In this document: one piece after another, positions 49,222-58,971 of the stretch
How positions within the stretch are numbered: the stretch's first letter is position 1
How the letters are laid out: the number at the start of each line of letters is the position of its first letter
NCBI GenBank assembly: GCA_965198115.1
Contig: OZ240241.1
Location: 2,624,001 to 2,688,000 of the forward strand
From: Candidatus Latescibacterota bacterium
GTDB lineage: Bacteria; Latescibacterota; UBA2968
Direction: 5' to 3'
Length of the DNA stretch: 64,000 bases
Notes under the pieces: model-generated
Database searches by the model: none
What the model was told of the DNA's origin: nothing
Seen by the model: the letters and a program-made list of their open reading frames with translations, nothing else
Made by a program: the position numbers and the translations under genes

Positions 49222-49581
49222 ATGAAAGATGCCATTCATCCGCAGTACCACGACGTCGTTTTCATGGACGCCAGTGTGACCCCCCCCTTTCGGATTCTCA
49301 CACGGTCCACTCGCACGTCGGAGGAAACCACCGAGTGGGAAGATGGAAACACCTACCCGCTCATTCGCGTGGAAATCTCCTCGGCTTCGCACCCCTTCTA
49401 CACGGGGAAGATGAAGCTCGTCGACTCGGCCGGCATGGTCGACCGATTCCGCCGCCGCTACGGAATCACCTCGGACGACGATGAGGCCGAAGCGGACACG
49501 CCTGACTCACCCGCGACGGACGATCAGCCGCAGGCCGAGACGCAACCCGAAGGGGAAGCTGCCACGCAGGCCGATAGCTAG
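49222..49581 (+). CDS. rpmE2: 50S ribosomal protein L31 type B (Zn-independent) with acidic C-terminal extension
   Basis: [22 protein letters not shown] and [10 protein letters not shown]; no Cys. Confidence 0.92.
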   Translation: MKDAIHPQYHDVVFMDASVTPPFRILTRSTRTSEETTEWEDGNTYPLIRVEISSASHPFYTGKMKLVDSAGMVDRFRRRYGITSDDDEAEADTPDSPATDDQPQAETQPEGEAATQADS

Positions 49582-49600
49582 CCATCGCGTGTTGAACAGC

Positions 49601-49640
49601 AAGGTGGACGAGTGCCTTAGCGCACGCGTCCACCTTTTTT
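49601..49640 (+). terminator. Intrinsic terminator after rpmE
   Basis: AAGGTGGACG.GTGC...GCAC.CGTCCACCTT followed by a T run. Confidence 0.7.
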
Positions 49641-49643
49641 ATT

Positions 49644-51063
49644 GGCTCTATCCGGGTTTCTCAACGGTGAAACTATAGAATGACAAGGTCATAGATCGTT
49701 CCCTACGCTTGGTTGTGTGTGTAGGACAATCAAAGCGAAGGGGGTGCGACCTATGACCGGGAGCAGATTACTATCGAAACTGCTGAGATTCAAGGGGTTC
49801 CGTGTTGTCAGCTGGTGGTTTGAGGGGAGAAGCTGTTTCGTCATCGCCGTAAAGCCACATAAGAATGGTTGTTGTTGTCCGGAGTGCGGCCGTCGAGGTA
49901 AAATCGTCCGCACAATGCCCCATCCGCGTCGGTGGCGTGACATTCCGGTGTGCGGGTGGAGGGTCTGGCTTCTCTACCATCCTCGGGAGATTCGGTGTCC
50001 TACCCACGGTCGTGTGGTCGAGGAGATTCCGTGGGCGGAGCGGTTCTCTCGGGTGACGTATCGCTTCGAGTATGCCATGCTGCGCTACTGCCAGACCATG
50101 ACGCAGAAGGCGGCGTCCGAGTTGCTGCGCATCTCTGCCTCGACGCTGTCGGATCTCCTTCACCGATCCATCACGCGGCTTCGTGAAGGTCATCGTATCC
50201 GAGGGCTCAAAACCATCGGGATCGACGAGATCTCCTACGCCAAGCGTCACAGGTACGCCACGCTCGTTTACGATCTGGACCGCTCCTGCGTGGTGTGGGT
50301 TGGCCGCGGCAGGGCGCGTAAAACGATCGATCGGTTCTTCACAGAGGCTCTCAGTCCCTACCGGAGATCCAAGATCGAGTGGGCCTGCTGCGACATGAGC
50401 GAAGCTTACATCGGAGCCATCCAGGAACACTGTCCGAATGCCAAGCTGGTCCTCGATCGCTTTCACATCGTCAAGGCTCTCAATGCCGCCGTTGACGAGG
50501 TCCGTAAGGACCAGTGGCGTAAAGCTGCCCCGGATGAGCGCAAAGCCATGAAGGGCCTCCGATGGCTCCTCTACCGGCACTCAGCGACACGCTCCAGAGG
50601 GGATACTCGGACACTCAAAGCACTGGAGAAGGCGAACTACCGAATCTATAGAGCCTGGAGACTCAAGGACGAGTTCGAGCAGTTCTGGGAATACAAAGCG
50701 CCCTGGGCTGCCGAACGCTTCCTGAAATGCTGGACGACGTCCGCACTCAGAAGTCGACTTGAACCCCTGCGAAAGTTCGTCAGGACCCTGCGACAGCACT
50801 TCTTCGGCGTCCTCGCATTCGTGAACACGCGTCTTACCAACGCCATCGCCGAAGGCCTCAACCGAATCGTCCAAATCGTCAAGAACCGAGCCAGCGGATT
50901 CCGCACACTCGACGCATTCAACGATATGATCTTCCTTACCGTCGGAGACATAAACATCCCTGAGCAGATTCCGAAGAGGTTCCGCACACGCTAACCGCGC
51001 CCCCATGCCAGGAACCACGGCACCTTCACCCACTTCATCTCGTTGAGAGATCCGGATATAGCC
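49644..51063 (+). mobile_element. ISL3-family insertion sequence (1420 bp)
   Basis: Imperfect terminal IRs GGCTCTATCCGGGTTTCTCAACG / revcomp GGCTATATCCGGATCTCTCAACG; AT-rich 8-bp target duplication TTTTTATT / CTTTTATT. Confidence 0.92.
49753..50994 (+). CDS. ISL3-family DDE transposase
   Basis: Zn finger CPECG...CPTHG, IGIDE, CDMSEAY, LDRFHIV and TNAIAEGLN; intact ORF. Confidence 0.94.
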   Translation: MTGSRLLSKLLRFKGFRVVSWWFEGRSCFVIAVKPHKNGCCCPECGRRGKIVRTMPHPRRWRDIPVCGWRVWLLYHPREIRCPTHGRVVEEIPWAERFSRVTYRFEYAMLRYCQTMTQKAASELLRISASTLSDLLHRSITRLREGHRIRGLKTIGIDEISYAKRHRYATLVYDLDRSCVVWVGRGRARKTIDRFFTEALSPYRRSKIEWACCDMSEAYIGAIQEHCPNAKLVLDRFHIVKALNAAVDEVRKDQWRKAAPDERKAMKGLRWLLYRHSATRSRGDTRTLKALEKANYRIYRAWRLKDEFEQFWEYKAPWAAERFLKCWTTSALRSRLEPLRKFVRTLRQHFFGVLAFVNTRLTNAIAEGLNRIVQIVKNRASGFRTLDAFNDMIFLTVGDINIPEQIPKRFRTR

Positions 51064-51088
51064 CTTTTATTGACCCGGAAGGCACAGC

Positions 51089-52168
51089 ATGTTCGAACAG
51101 CTCGAAAAAGTCCTCGACCGCTACGACCAGATAACCACCGACATGACCACCCCCGAGGTCGCGACCAACCCTGAGAAGATTCGCGAGCTCTCGACGGAAC
51201 AGAGCGGCATGGAGGAACTCGTCCGGACCTACCGCACTTACCGTGACGTGGCCCGGGACCTCGACGAAGCCGACCAGATTCTGACCTCCTCGGATGACGA
51301 GGAACTTAAGGAAATGGCTGGCCTGGAGATCGAGGAACTGCGCCCACGCGAACAGGACCTGGCCGGTCGACTAAAGTTTCTGATGATCCCGAAAGACCCG
51401 AACGACGCCAAAAACACTCTCGTCGAAATCCGGGCCGGCACCGGGGGCGACGAGGCCGCTCTCTTTGCGAGCGATCTTTACCGGATGTATTGCAAGTTCG
51501 CGGAGGCGATTGGAGCCAAGGTCGAAACACTGTCATCGAACGCCACGGGCATCGGAGGCTTCAAAGAGATCATCTTCTCGGTCAACGGAAGGGACATCTT
51601 CAGCCATCTCAAGTTCGAGAGCGGTGTGCATCGCGTGCAGAGGGTACCCGAAACGGAGTCGAGTGGGCGCATCCACACCTCCACAGCCACGGTGGCCGTG
51701 CTTCCCGAAGCAGAGGAAGTCGATGTCGAGATCGACCCGGGCGACCTGAAGATTGACGTCTACCGATCATCGGGCCCCGGAGGTCAGAGCGTCAACACCA
51801 CCGACTCGGCTGTCCGGATCACCCACCAGCCCACCGGAATCGTCGTGCAAATCCAGGATGAGAAATCTCAGCACAAGAATCGAGCCAAGGCGCTCAAGGT
51901 GCTCCGATCCCGGCTTCTCGACGTAGCGATTCAGGAGCAGCACGCAAGAGAGTCGGCCAACCGGAAGCAGCAAGTTGGATCCGGCGATCGAAGCGCCAAA
52001 ATCCGAACTTACAACTATCCTCAAGGCCGGGTGACCGACCACCGCATCAAGCTGACGCTCCATCGGCTCGACGAAATCCTGAACGGCGATCTGAATGAAC
52101 TGATCGAAAAGCTACGTATCGCAGACCAAGCCGAAAAACTCGCCACTCAGGAAACCGCCGCGCCCTGA
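51089..52168 (+). CDS. prfA: Peptide chain release factor 1
   Basis: [20 protein letters not shown] (PxT motif), GPGGQSVN and [16 protein letters not shown]. Confidence 0.97.
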   Translation: MFEQLEKVLDRYDQITTDMTTPEVATNPEKIRELSTEQSGMEELVRTYRTYRDVARDLDEADQILTSSDDEELKEMAGLEIEELRPREQDLAGRLKFLMIPKDPNDAKNTLVEIRAGTGGDEAALFASDLYRMYCKFAEAIGAKVETLSSNATGIGGFKEIIFSVNGRDIFSHLKFESGVHRVQRVPETESSGRIHTSTATVAVLPEAEEVDVEIDPGDLKIDVYRSSGPGGQSVNTTDSAVRITHQPTGIVVQIQDEKSQHKNRAKALKVLRSRLLDVAIQEQHARESANRKQQVGSGDRSAKIRTYNYPQGRVTDHRIKLTLHRLDEILNGDLNELIEKLRIADQAEKLATQETAAP

Positions 52169-52182
52169 CCACCGGTGATTCC

Positions 52183-53031
52183 GTGTCCCATACGGTTCGG
52201 TCCATCTTGGAAACCACGCGGCAGCGCCTCGCTTCTGCCGGTGTTGAACCCGTCTCGTCCGAGGTCGAATGGATCCTGGGCGACATTCTTCACGTTTCCC
52301 GATCCGACCTGTATGCGTCACCCGACCGCATCCTCGATCCGGCCGAGGCCGCTCGCCTCGAAGAGGTGGTTTCCCGTCGCGAGCGTCGCGAACCCCTGCA
52401 ATACATCCTCGGCAAGACGGAATTCTTCTCCCTCGAGTTCGAAATCACACCCGATGTCCTGGTTCCCCGCCCGGAGACCGAAACGGTCGTCGAGAGGGCG
52501 CTCGACTGCCTGCCGTCACACCGTCACGCTCGCATTCTCGACGTGGGAACCGGATCGGGAGCCATCGCCGTTTCACTCGCCGTCCACCGTCCCGAAACCA
52601 GCGTCCACGGTGTCGATATCTCTACCCGCGCACTCGCGACGGCGCGCCGGAATGCGGTCCTTCACAGCACGCGCCTACGGGGGTTTTGCGCCCACTTCGC
52701 TTTCCTTCCCACCCCTTCCGGCGTTTTCGACCTCGTCGTTTCCAATCCTCCCTACGTGGCCGATGCCGACCTGGCGGGCCTCGAACCGGAGGTTCGGTGT
52801 TTCGAGCCCCGACTGGCGCTCGCCGCCGGCCAAGAGGGTCTCGACGCCTACACCGCCCTCGTCCCCGAGGCGCACCGGGTACTCAAACCGGGCGGATGTC
52901 TGGTTTTGGAACTGCCCGGCACACGGGCAGACCGGGTCGAGGCGATCGCCCACACCCACTTTCGCTCTACCCAGCGCTTCGACGATCTGACGGGCAAGCC
53001 ACGCGTACTCCTTGGGCGAAAACTGGCGTAA
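52183..53031 (+). CDS. prmC: Release factor glutamine N5-methyltransferase
   Basis: EPLQYILG, VLVPRPETE, LDVGTGSGAIA and SNPPY; follows prfA. Confidence 0.95.
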   Translation: MSHTVRSILETTRQRLASAGVEPVSSEVEWILGDILHVSRSDLYASPDRILDPAEAARLEEVVSRRERREPLQYILGKTEFFSLEFEITPDVLVPRPETETVVERALDCLPSHRHARILDVGTGSGAIAVSLAVHRPETSVHGVDISTRALATARRNAVLHSTRLRGFCAHFAFLPTPSGVFDLVVSNPPYVADADLAGLEPEVRCFEPRLALAAGQEGLDAYTALVPEAHRVLKPGGCLVLELPGTRADRVEAIAHTHFRSTQRFDDLTGKPRVLLGRKLA

Positions 53032-53080
53032 CGTCTTGTTTTAATAGACCGATGTGCCCAGATCCGACCCGGGAATTGGG

Positions 53081-53109
53081 TTGACTTACCGGGGCCTTTT
53101 TGTTAGGTT
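53081..53109 (+). promoter_or_regulatory. sigma70-type promoter
   Basis: TTGACT-N17-TAGGTT with an extended -10 TG. Confidence 0.55.
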
Positions 53110-53151
53110 GAAGCGATTTTCTCCCGGTTTTTGCTCGGATCAAGCCCCATC

Positions 53152-54135
53152 ATGCAACCCTCGACCATCACATTCGATCAAGTCATCGCGCCAGTCGTGG
53201 ACCAGGTTCGAGACTTCGAGGACCGATTCAACGCCGCCCTCAACGCAGACGTTGAAAAAGTCCAGATCATGTCCCGTTACCTTCACGACAACCGGGGCAA
53301 GCATTTTCGACCGGCGCTCGCCCTCCTGTCGGCGGAGTCCGTCGGCGAATGTTCGGCCGACGCCGTCGAAGCCGCCGTCGGAATCGAGATCCTCCAGACC
53401 GGCACGCTCATTCACGACGATGTGCTCGACTCGGCCGACGTTCGACGCGGCGCAGAGGGCCTCCACGTCAAGTGGGGCAATCACGCGGCCATTCTGATGG
53501 GCGATTTCATGCTCGTCAAGGCCATGGAGATCCTCGTCGGGCTTCGATCACTAGATGTGATGGACGCGGCGACGCGGGCCATTCGCCGAATGATCGAAGG
53601 TGAGATCCTCGAAGACGAGAAGGGCAGCGACGGGGAACTCAGCATCTACTTCACGATGATCGACAAGAAAACGGCCTCCCTGTATGCGCTGGCATGCGAA
53701 GTCGGAGCCCTGCTCGGGGGCGGGGGCGCCGACGAGGTGCGTTGCCTGTCGTCGTTCGGCAACAACCTGGGGATGGCCTTCCAAATCACCGACGATCTAC
53801 TCGACTTCATCGGAGACGAAGAAACGCTCGGAAAGCCCGTCGGCAACGACATTCGCGAAAAGAAGCTCACCCTGCCGATCATCCGCGCGTTGCGCAATTG
53901 CGAAAACGGGGACGCCGACCAGATTCATCGGAAGGTCCAAATGGGCGTCGAAACGAACGAGGATTGGCAGGAGATTCGGGCCTTCGTCGAGCGCTACGGC
54001 GGTATCGAGCTCGCACGCGAGGAGGCGCGGGGCTATGCTCGGGCGGCGGAGGTCTCCCTCGAGTCACTCGCGCCATCCGAGGCCACCGACGCCCTCAGGA
54101 TGTCGATCCATCTTCTCGTCGACCGTCAACGGTAG
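53152..54135 (+). CDS. Polyprenyl diphosphate synthase (IspB/HepT-like)
   Basis: GKHFRP, FARM LIHDDVLD..DVRRG, KTA, SARM FQITDDLLD and GKPVGND. Confidence 0.92.
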   Translation: MQPSTITFDQVIAPVVDQVRDFEDRFNAALNADVEKVQIMSRYLHDNRGKHFRPALALLSAESVGECSADAVEAAVGIEILQTGTLIHDDVLDSADVRRGAEGLHVKWGNHAAILMGDFMLVKAMEILVGLRSLDVMDAATRAIRRMIEGEILEDEKGSDGELSIYFTMIDKKTASLYALACEVGALLGGGGADEVRCLSSFGNNLGMAFQITDDLLDFIGDEETLGKPVGNDIREKKLTLPIIRALRNCENGDADQIHRKVQMGVETNEDWQEIRAFVERYGGIELAREEARGYARAAEVSLESLAPSEATDALRMSIHLLVDRQR

Positions 54136-54160
54136 ACAGCAACTCCAACGGACACGAGGC

Positions 54161-54196
54161 CGATCCAGGATCTGGGCGTCTGGATCGCTTTTTTTT
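54161..54196 (+). terminator. Terminator-like hairpin between the polyprenyl synthase gene and secDF
   Basis: CGATCCAG-N11-CTGGATCG followed by T8. Confidence 0.6.
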
Positions 54197-54229
54197 CCCT
54201 TCGGGGTTTAGGGAGCCACAGACAAAAAA

Positions 54230-56746
54230 ATGAAGCGAGATTCCTGGCGTTCACTCATCATCGTCGGCACCCTCCTGGTTGCCTTCTACTACCTCTACCC
54301 CACCTACCAGTTCTACTTTGCGCCCCCGAGGAATCCCGATCGGCTCGAACAGGTAAAAGAAAAGAGCATCAACCTCGGCCTCGACCTGCAGGGCGGCATC
54401 CATCTGGTGCTCGAAGTCGACCCGAGCAGGCTCTCCGTCGACGAGCGAAGCGACGTCGTCGAGCGCGCGAAGGAAGTCATCACCAACCGTATCGACCAGT
54501 TCGGTGTCGCCGAACCCATCATCCATCGCGAAGGTGAATGGCGCATCGTCGTCGAGCTGCCGGGCGTACAGGATGTCGAAAGAGCAAAGGACCTGATCGG
54601 CGAACGCGCCCGACTCGAGTTCAAGATCCTCAAGTCGTCGATCGAGCGAACGTCCATCCTCGATAAAATCGACACCTTCCTCGCCGCCACCCACGCCGAT
54701 AGCGGATCCAGCGCGGGGCTGGACGACATCTTCAGCAGCGAGGAGACACCCTCACTCAGACAATACATCCTGCAGAACTATGGAGGTGCCGACTGGATGG
54801 TTCCGGCCGACGACCTCCAGACCGTCGGTCGCATCCTCGGCGAGACGGCTCACCTTGTGCCCTCCGACGGGGACTTTGTGTGGGGCAGCAAGCTCGAAGA
54901 GATGGCCGACGGGAACCCGTATCGACGTCTCTACTACCTGCGGAAGAAAGTCGAGATGACGGGCGAAATCGTGAAGGATGCCAAGGTCACACGAGGCCAG
55001 AGCTTCGAGAACGCCGGACAGCCGATCATCAACTTTACGACCACCGACGAAGGTGTAAAAATCTTCTCCCGTGTGACGGGCGCCCACGTCGACGAACGGA
55101 TGGCCATCATCCTCGACAATCGTGTCTACTCTGCGCCAACGATCCAGGTCAAGATCCGGGACGGCCGATCCGTCATCACCGGCAGCGGCTCCATCGAAGA
55201 AGCCAAAGACCTCGCGATCGTCCTGCGCTCCGGGTCGTTGCCGGCCGACGTCAACATCGTCGAGGACCGCACGGTCGGCCCCTCACTCGGTCGCGACTCG
55301 ATCCTGCAGGGGCGGCAGGCCGCCACGATCGGGCTGGCCATCGTCCTCGTTTTCATGATCCTCTACTACGGCTTTTCCGGTATCGTCGCCGACCTGGCTC
55401 TCGTCCTCAACCTGGTCTTCGTACTGGCCGTTCTCGCAGGGTTCGGGGGCACGCTGACGCTGCCCGGAATCGCCGGCATCATTCTCACGATCGGCATGGC
55501 GGTCGATGCCAACGTTCTGATCTTCGAACGCGTCCGGGAAGAGTTGCGGGCGGGAAAGACGATCCGCGCCGCGCTCGAAAATGGCTACGGCCGGGCGTTT
55601 TTGACCATCTTCGACGCCAATCTCACGACCGTCATTACCGCCATCGTCCTCTATCAATTCGGTACCGGCCCGATCAAAGGATTCGCGCTCACCCTGATGA
55701 TCGGAATCGTCTCCAGCATGTTCACGTCCCTGTTCGTCACCCGAACGGTCTTCAACCTCGCGCTCGGGGACCGCAGCAGTCTCAGCATCGGCAGGTTCAC
55801 GATCTTTCGCGACCCCCAGATCAGATTCCTCAGGCTTCGCCGCGCCGGTTTTGCGGTTTCGCTTATCGTCATTCTGATCGGTCTCGGATCGACCGTCGTC
55901 AAGGGTGGCTACAATCTCGGCATCGACTTCCGCGGTGGTACCCTGCTGGAGCTCCACTTCGACCCACCCGTTTCGGTCGGCAACATCCGGGACGCCCTCT
56001 CCAGCGTGAGCGTCCAGGATCAGAACGTCGACCTGCGACAGAGCGAAATCAAAGAGTTCGGCACACCCAACGACATCCTGATCCGTGTCGAGGAAAGCGC
56101 ACAGGGGACGGCCATAGCCGACGGAATCAAAACAGCATTGTCCACGCGCTTCAGCGAGAGTGTGAACAACCCTGTCGATTGGCTGCGGCGTCAAGAAGCC
56201 GTCGGCCCCAAGATCGGTGAAGAGCTCAAGGGTGACGCGGTCAACGCCATCATCGTCTCGTTACTGCTGATCATCCTTTACATCTGGATCCGATTCAAAC
56301 GCATTCACTACGGTGTGGCCGCCGTCATCGCACTGTTCCACGACATTCTGATCACGCTCGGCGTGTTCTCGCTCCTCGAGAAGGAGATCTCGTTAGCCAT
56401 CGTCGCCGCGCTCCTCACGATCGTCGGCTACTCTCTCAACGATACGATCGTCGTCTTCGATCGTGTACGCGAAGACCTGAGGCTCTATCGCCGAGAGACG
56501 TTCAGAGAGATCCTGGACAGAAGCATCAACGAATGCCTGAACCGCACGCTCCTCACTTCTAGCACGACGCTCCTCGTGGTCGTTGCCCTCTTCGCCCTCG
56601 GGGGTGAAGTGATCCACGACTTCGCCCTCGCCCTGATCGTCGGTGTCATCGTCGGAACCTACTCGTCTTCTTTCGTTGCGAGCCCGATCGTCTACGAGTG
56701 GCTCGGACGCTCCGAGATCCGCGGCCGGAGGGCCGAAGCCGCGTAA
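54230..56746 (+). CDS. secDF: Fused protein translocase subunit SecDF
   Basis: LGLDLQGG, TVGPSLG, GMAVDANVLIFER (SecD); GIDFRGG, VGPKIG, GYSLNDTIVVFDR (SecF). Confidence 0.96.
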   Translation: MKRDSWRSLIIVGTLLVAFYYLYPTYQFYFAPPRNPDRLEQVKEKSINLGLDLQGGIHLVLEVDPSRLSVDERSDVVERAKEVITNRIDQFGVAEPIIHREGEWRIVVELPGVQDVERAKDLIGERARLEFKILKSSIERTSILDKIDTFLAATHADSGSSAGLDDIFSSEETPSLRQYILQNYGGADWMVPADDLQTVGRILGETAHLVPSDGDFVWGSKLEEMADGNPYRRLYYLRKKVEMTGEIVKDAKVTRGQSFENAGQPIINFTTTDEGVKIFSRVTGAHVDERMAIILDNRVYSAPTIQVKIRDGRSVITGSGSIEEAKDLAIVLRSGSLPADVNIVEDRTVGPSLGRDSILQGRQAATIGLAIVLVFMILYYGFSGIVADLALVLNLVFVLAVLAGFGGTLTLPGIAGIILTIGMAVDANVLIFERVREELRAGKTIRAALENGYGRAFLTIFDANLTTVITAIVLYQFGTGPIKGFALTLMIGIVSSMFTSLFVTRTVFNLALGDRSSLSIGRFTIFRDPQIRFLRLRRAGFAVSLIVILIGLGSTVVKGGYNLGIDFRGGTLLELHFDPPVSVGNIRDALSSVSVQDQNVDLRQSEIKEFGTPNDILIRVEESAQGTAIADGIKTALSTRFSESVNNPVDWLRRQEAVGPKIGEELKGDAVNAIIVSLLLIILYIWIRFKRIHYGVAAVIALFHDILITLGVFSLLEKEISLAIVAALLTIVGYSLNDTIVVFDRVREDLRLYRRETFREILDRSINECLNRTLLTSSTTLLVVVALFALGGEVIHDFALALIVGVIVGTYSSSFVASPIVYEWLGRSEIRGRRAEAA

Positions 56747-56771
56747 CGTCTAGACCCGCATCCCGAAACGC

Positions 56772-56807
56772 CAAAGGCCCCGGACATCCTTCGATGCTCG
56801 GGGCCTT
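56772..56807. terminator. Hairpin between convergent secDF and PBP1A genes
   Basis: AAGGCCCCG...CATC-TTC-GATG...CGGGGCCTT. Confidence 0.6.
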
Positions 56808-56824
56808 GCCGCGTTCTACTGAAC

Positions 56825-58954
56825 TCAGAACTGATAGCTGCCGCGAGGCTTGCTGTCTTTCTTTTTCCGCTTGGGGGGCGTCGAAACCGAGGCCTTCGAC
56901 GTATGCATCGGGCACGTTCTCGCGGGCTCTGTGCCCGGGATGAACACTTCTCGGAAAGGGCTCGGACAGTAGATGGTTGCCACGTCGTAGGTGTCGCTGC
57001 ACACCTCGACCCGCGGCACCGAAGCAGGCAATTCAAAATCCTCCGCCGACAGTTCGAGGGCCTCGTGCGCCCGCTTCATGAAGTTGGTCCAGATCGGCAG
57101 CGCGACGACGGCACCCGACATGCGGTCGCCCAGCGACACCTTCGCGTCGAACCCCACCCAGACACCGGCAACGAGCCGGGGCGTGAACCCCACGAACCAG
57201 GCGTCGGCAAAGTTCTGGGTCGTACCTGTCTTGCCCGCAGCGGGACGCCTGAATCGGTAGGGGAATCGTCTCGCGCCGTGACCCGTTCCTCGGGGCTCAT
57301 CCATGACCGATTGCATCATGCTGACCATCACGGCCGCAGTCTCGGTGCTCAGGGCAACCTCCTCTTTCCCCTGAACCTGCTCCTCCAGAACTTCGCCGCT
57401 CTTGCCGTAGATCCTCGTGATGCCGATGGGCGAGACGTGAATGCCGCGGTTGGGGTACACGCCGTAGGCGGAAACCATGTCCAGCAGGTAGACTTCGCTC
57501 GTACCCATGGCCAACGACAGATACGGCCGGATGCGACCGGAGATGCCAAGCCTTCGTGCGTATCTCACCCCCGTTCGGGGCCCGATGCGTTGAAGGACCT
57601 GGGTCGTCACGACGTTGCGAGACATGAAAAGCCCCTCGCGCATCGTCATCCAGCCCAGGAACTTTCGATCGTAATTCTCTGGCTGCCAATAGGTCCCATC
57701 GGCCATCTCGATCGACACGGCGGTGTCGGGCAGTCTGAGCGTCGGCTTGAGACCTTTGTCGATGGCTGCCGTGTAGATGAACGGCTTGAACGACGACCCG
57801 GGCTGTCGGAGGGCCTGCACGGCTCGGTTGAACTTGCTCTCCGTAAAGTCTCGCCCGCCCACCATCGCCAGAATGTGACCCGACTGAGGGTCGAGCGCCA
57901 CGAGCGCACCCTGGACAACGGTCGCCGCAACCGTGTCGGCCGCCGTCTCGATACCTGCCCAGAATATCGAATCGGGCGGGTTTCGGAGACGGCGTTCATC
58001 CACCATGCGCTGAATGTCCGCCAGCCGACGATCCAGCACTTGCTCGGCAATCCGTTGCACGCGGGAATCGAGGGTCGTGTAGACCGAAACCCCATCTCGG
58101 TAGAGCTGCTCGACGCCGTAGGTCTTCTCGATGTATTGCCGCACATACTCCGTAAAGTAGGGGGCCTCTCCCGTTTCTTCCTCCAGAGGCTTTAGCAGAA
58201 TCGGACGAAGACGCGCAGAACGATAGTCCGCCTGCCTCAGCCGACCCGACCGAAGCATCTGACGCAACACGAGATCGCGCCGGTCCTTCGCCCTGCGGGG
58301 ATGGTTCACGGGAGAATAAAAATAGGGCCCCTTGAGGAGCCCTACGAGAAGAGCACATTCATCGGCCGTCATCTCTTTGCTACGCTTGCCGAAAAAGCGC
58401 TGCGCGGCGGCTTCGATCCCGTGCGCGCCACGGCCGAACAGCATGCGATTGAAGTACTTTTCGATGATCTCCCGTTTCGTGTAGGTCCGTTCGAGCAGGA
58501 CGGCCGTCATCTGCTCCTGGATCTTACGCGAAAACGTCTGCTCTTGGGTCAGGAAGATGTTGCGAGCCAGCTGCTGGGTGATCGTGCTCGCGCCGTGGCC
58601 CTTGAGGCTGCCCTCCACCCACAGGTTTCGCACGACGACGCGAAAAATGTCGGGAATGCTCACACCCCAGTGATGCCAGAAGTGTTGATCCTCGGTCGCA
58701 ATCAGGGCGTCGATCGCCGCATCAGGCAGCAGGTCATAAGTAATCGGATCCCGTCGCTGAACCCAGAACTTTCGCAGGATCTTTCCATCCGCCGAATAGA
58801 TGTTCGTCGTTCGCGCAGGATCGACGTTTTCCAGCTCATCGAACGACGGCAGACCGCCCTTGAACCTCAAAATGACGGCGGCGGCGACGCCTGCGTAGAG
58901 TGTCGCGCAGATCGTGCAGTAGAGCAGAGCTCGAAGCAGGTAATGTCGGAACAT
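56825..58954 (-). CDS. Class A penicillin-binding protein (PBP1A family)
   Basis: EDQHFW.H.G, GASTITQQLARN (GT51); GSSFKP (SxxK), SRN and KTGTT transpeptidase motifs. Confidence 0.94.
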   Translation of the reverse strand: MFRHYLLRALLYCTICATLYAGVAAAVILRFKGGLPSFDELENVDPARTTNIYSADGKILRKFWVQRRDPITYDLLPDAAIDALIATEDQHFWHHWGVSIPDIFRVVVRNLWVEGSLKGHGASTITQQLARNIFLTQEQTFSRKIQEQMTAVLLERTYTKREIIEKYFNRMLFGRGAHGIEAAAQRFFGKRSKEMTADECALLVGLLKGPYFYSPVNHPRRAKDRRDLVLRQMLRSGRLRQADYRSARLRPILLKPLEEETGEAPYFTEYVRQYIEKTYGVEQLYRDGVSVYTTLDSRVQRIAEQVLDRRLADIQRMVDERRLRNPPDSIFWAGIETAADTVAATVVQGALVALDPQSGHILAMVGGRDFTESKFNRAVQALRQPGSSFKPFIYTAAIDKGLKPTLRLPDTAVSIEMADGTYWQPENYDRKFLGWMTMREGLFMSRNVVTTQVLQRIGPRTGVRYARRLGISGRIRPYLSLAMGTSEVYLLDMVSAYGVYPNRGIHVSPIGITRIYGKSGEVLEEQVQGKEEVALSTETAAVMVSMMQSVMDEPRGTGHGARRFPYRFRRPAAGKTGTTQNFADAWFVGFTPRLVAGVWVGFDAKVSLGDRMSGAVVALPIWTNFMKRAHEALELSAEDFELPASVPRVEVCSDTYDVATIYCPSPFREVFIPGTEPARTCPMHTSKASVSTPPKRKKKDSKPRGSYQF

Positions 58955-58971
58955 GCGTATCAGGATACCCG

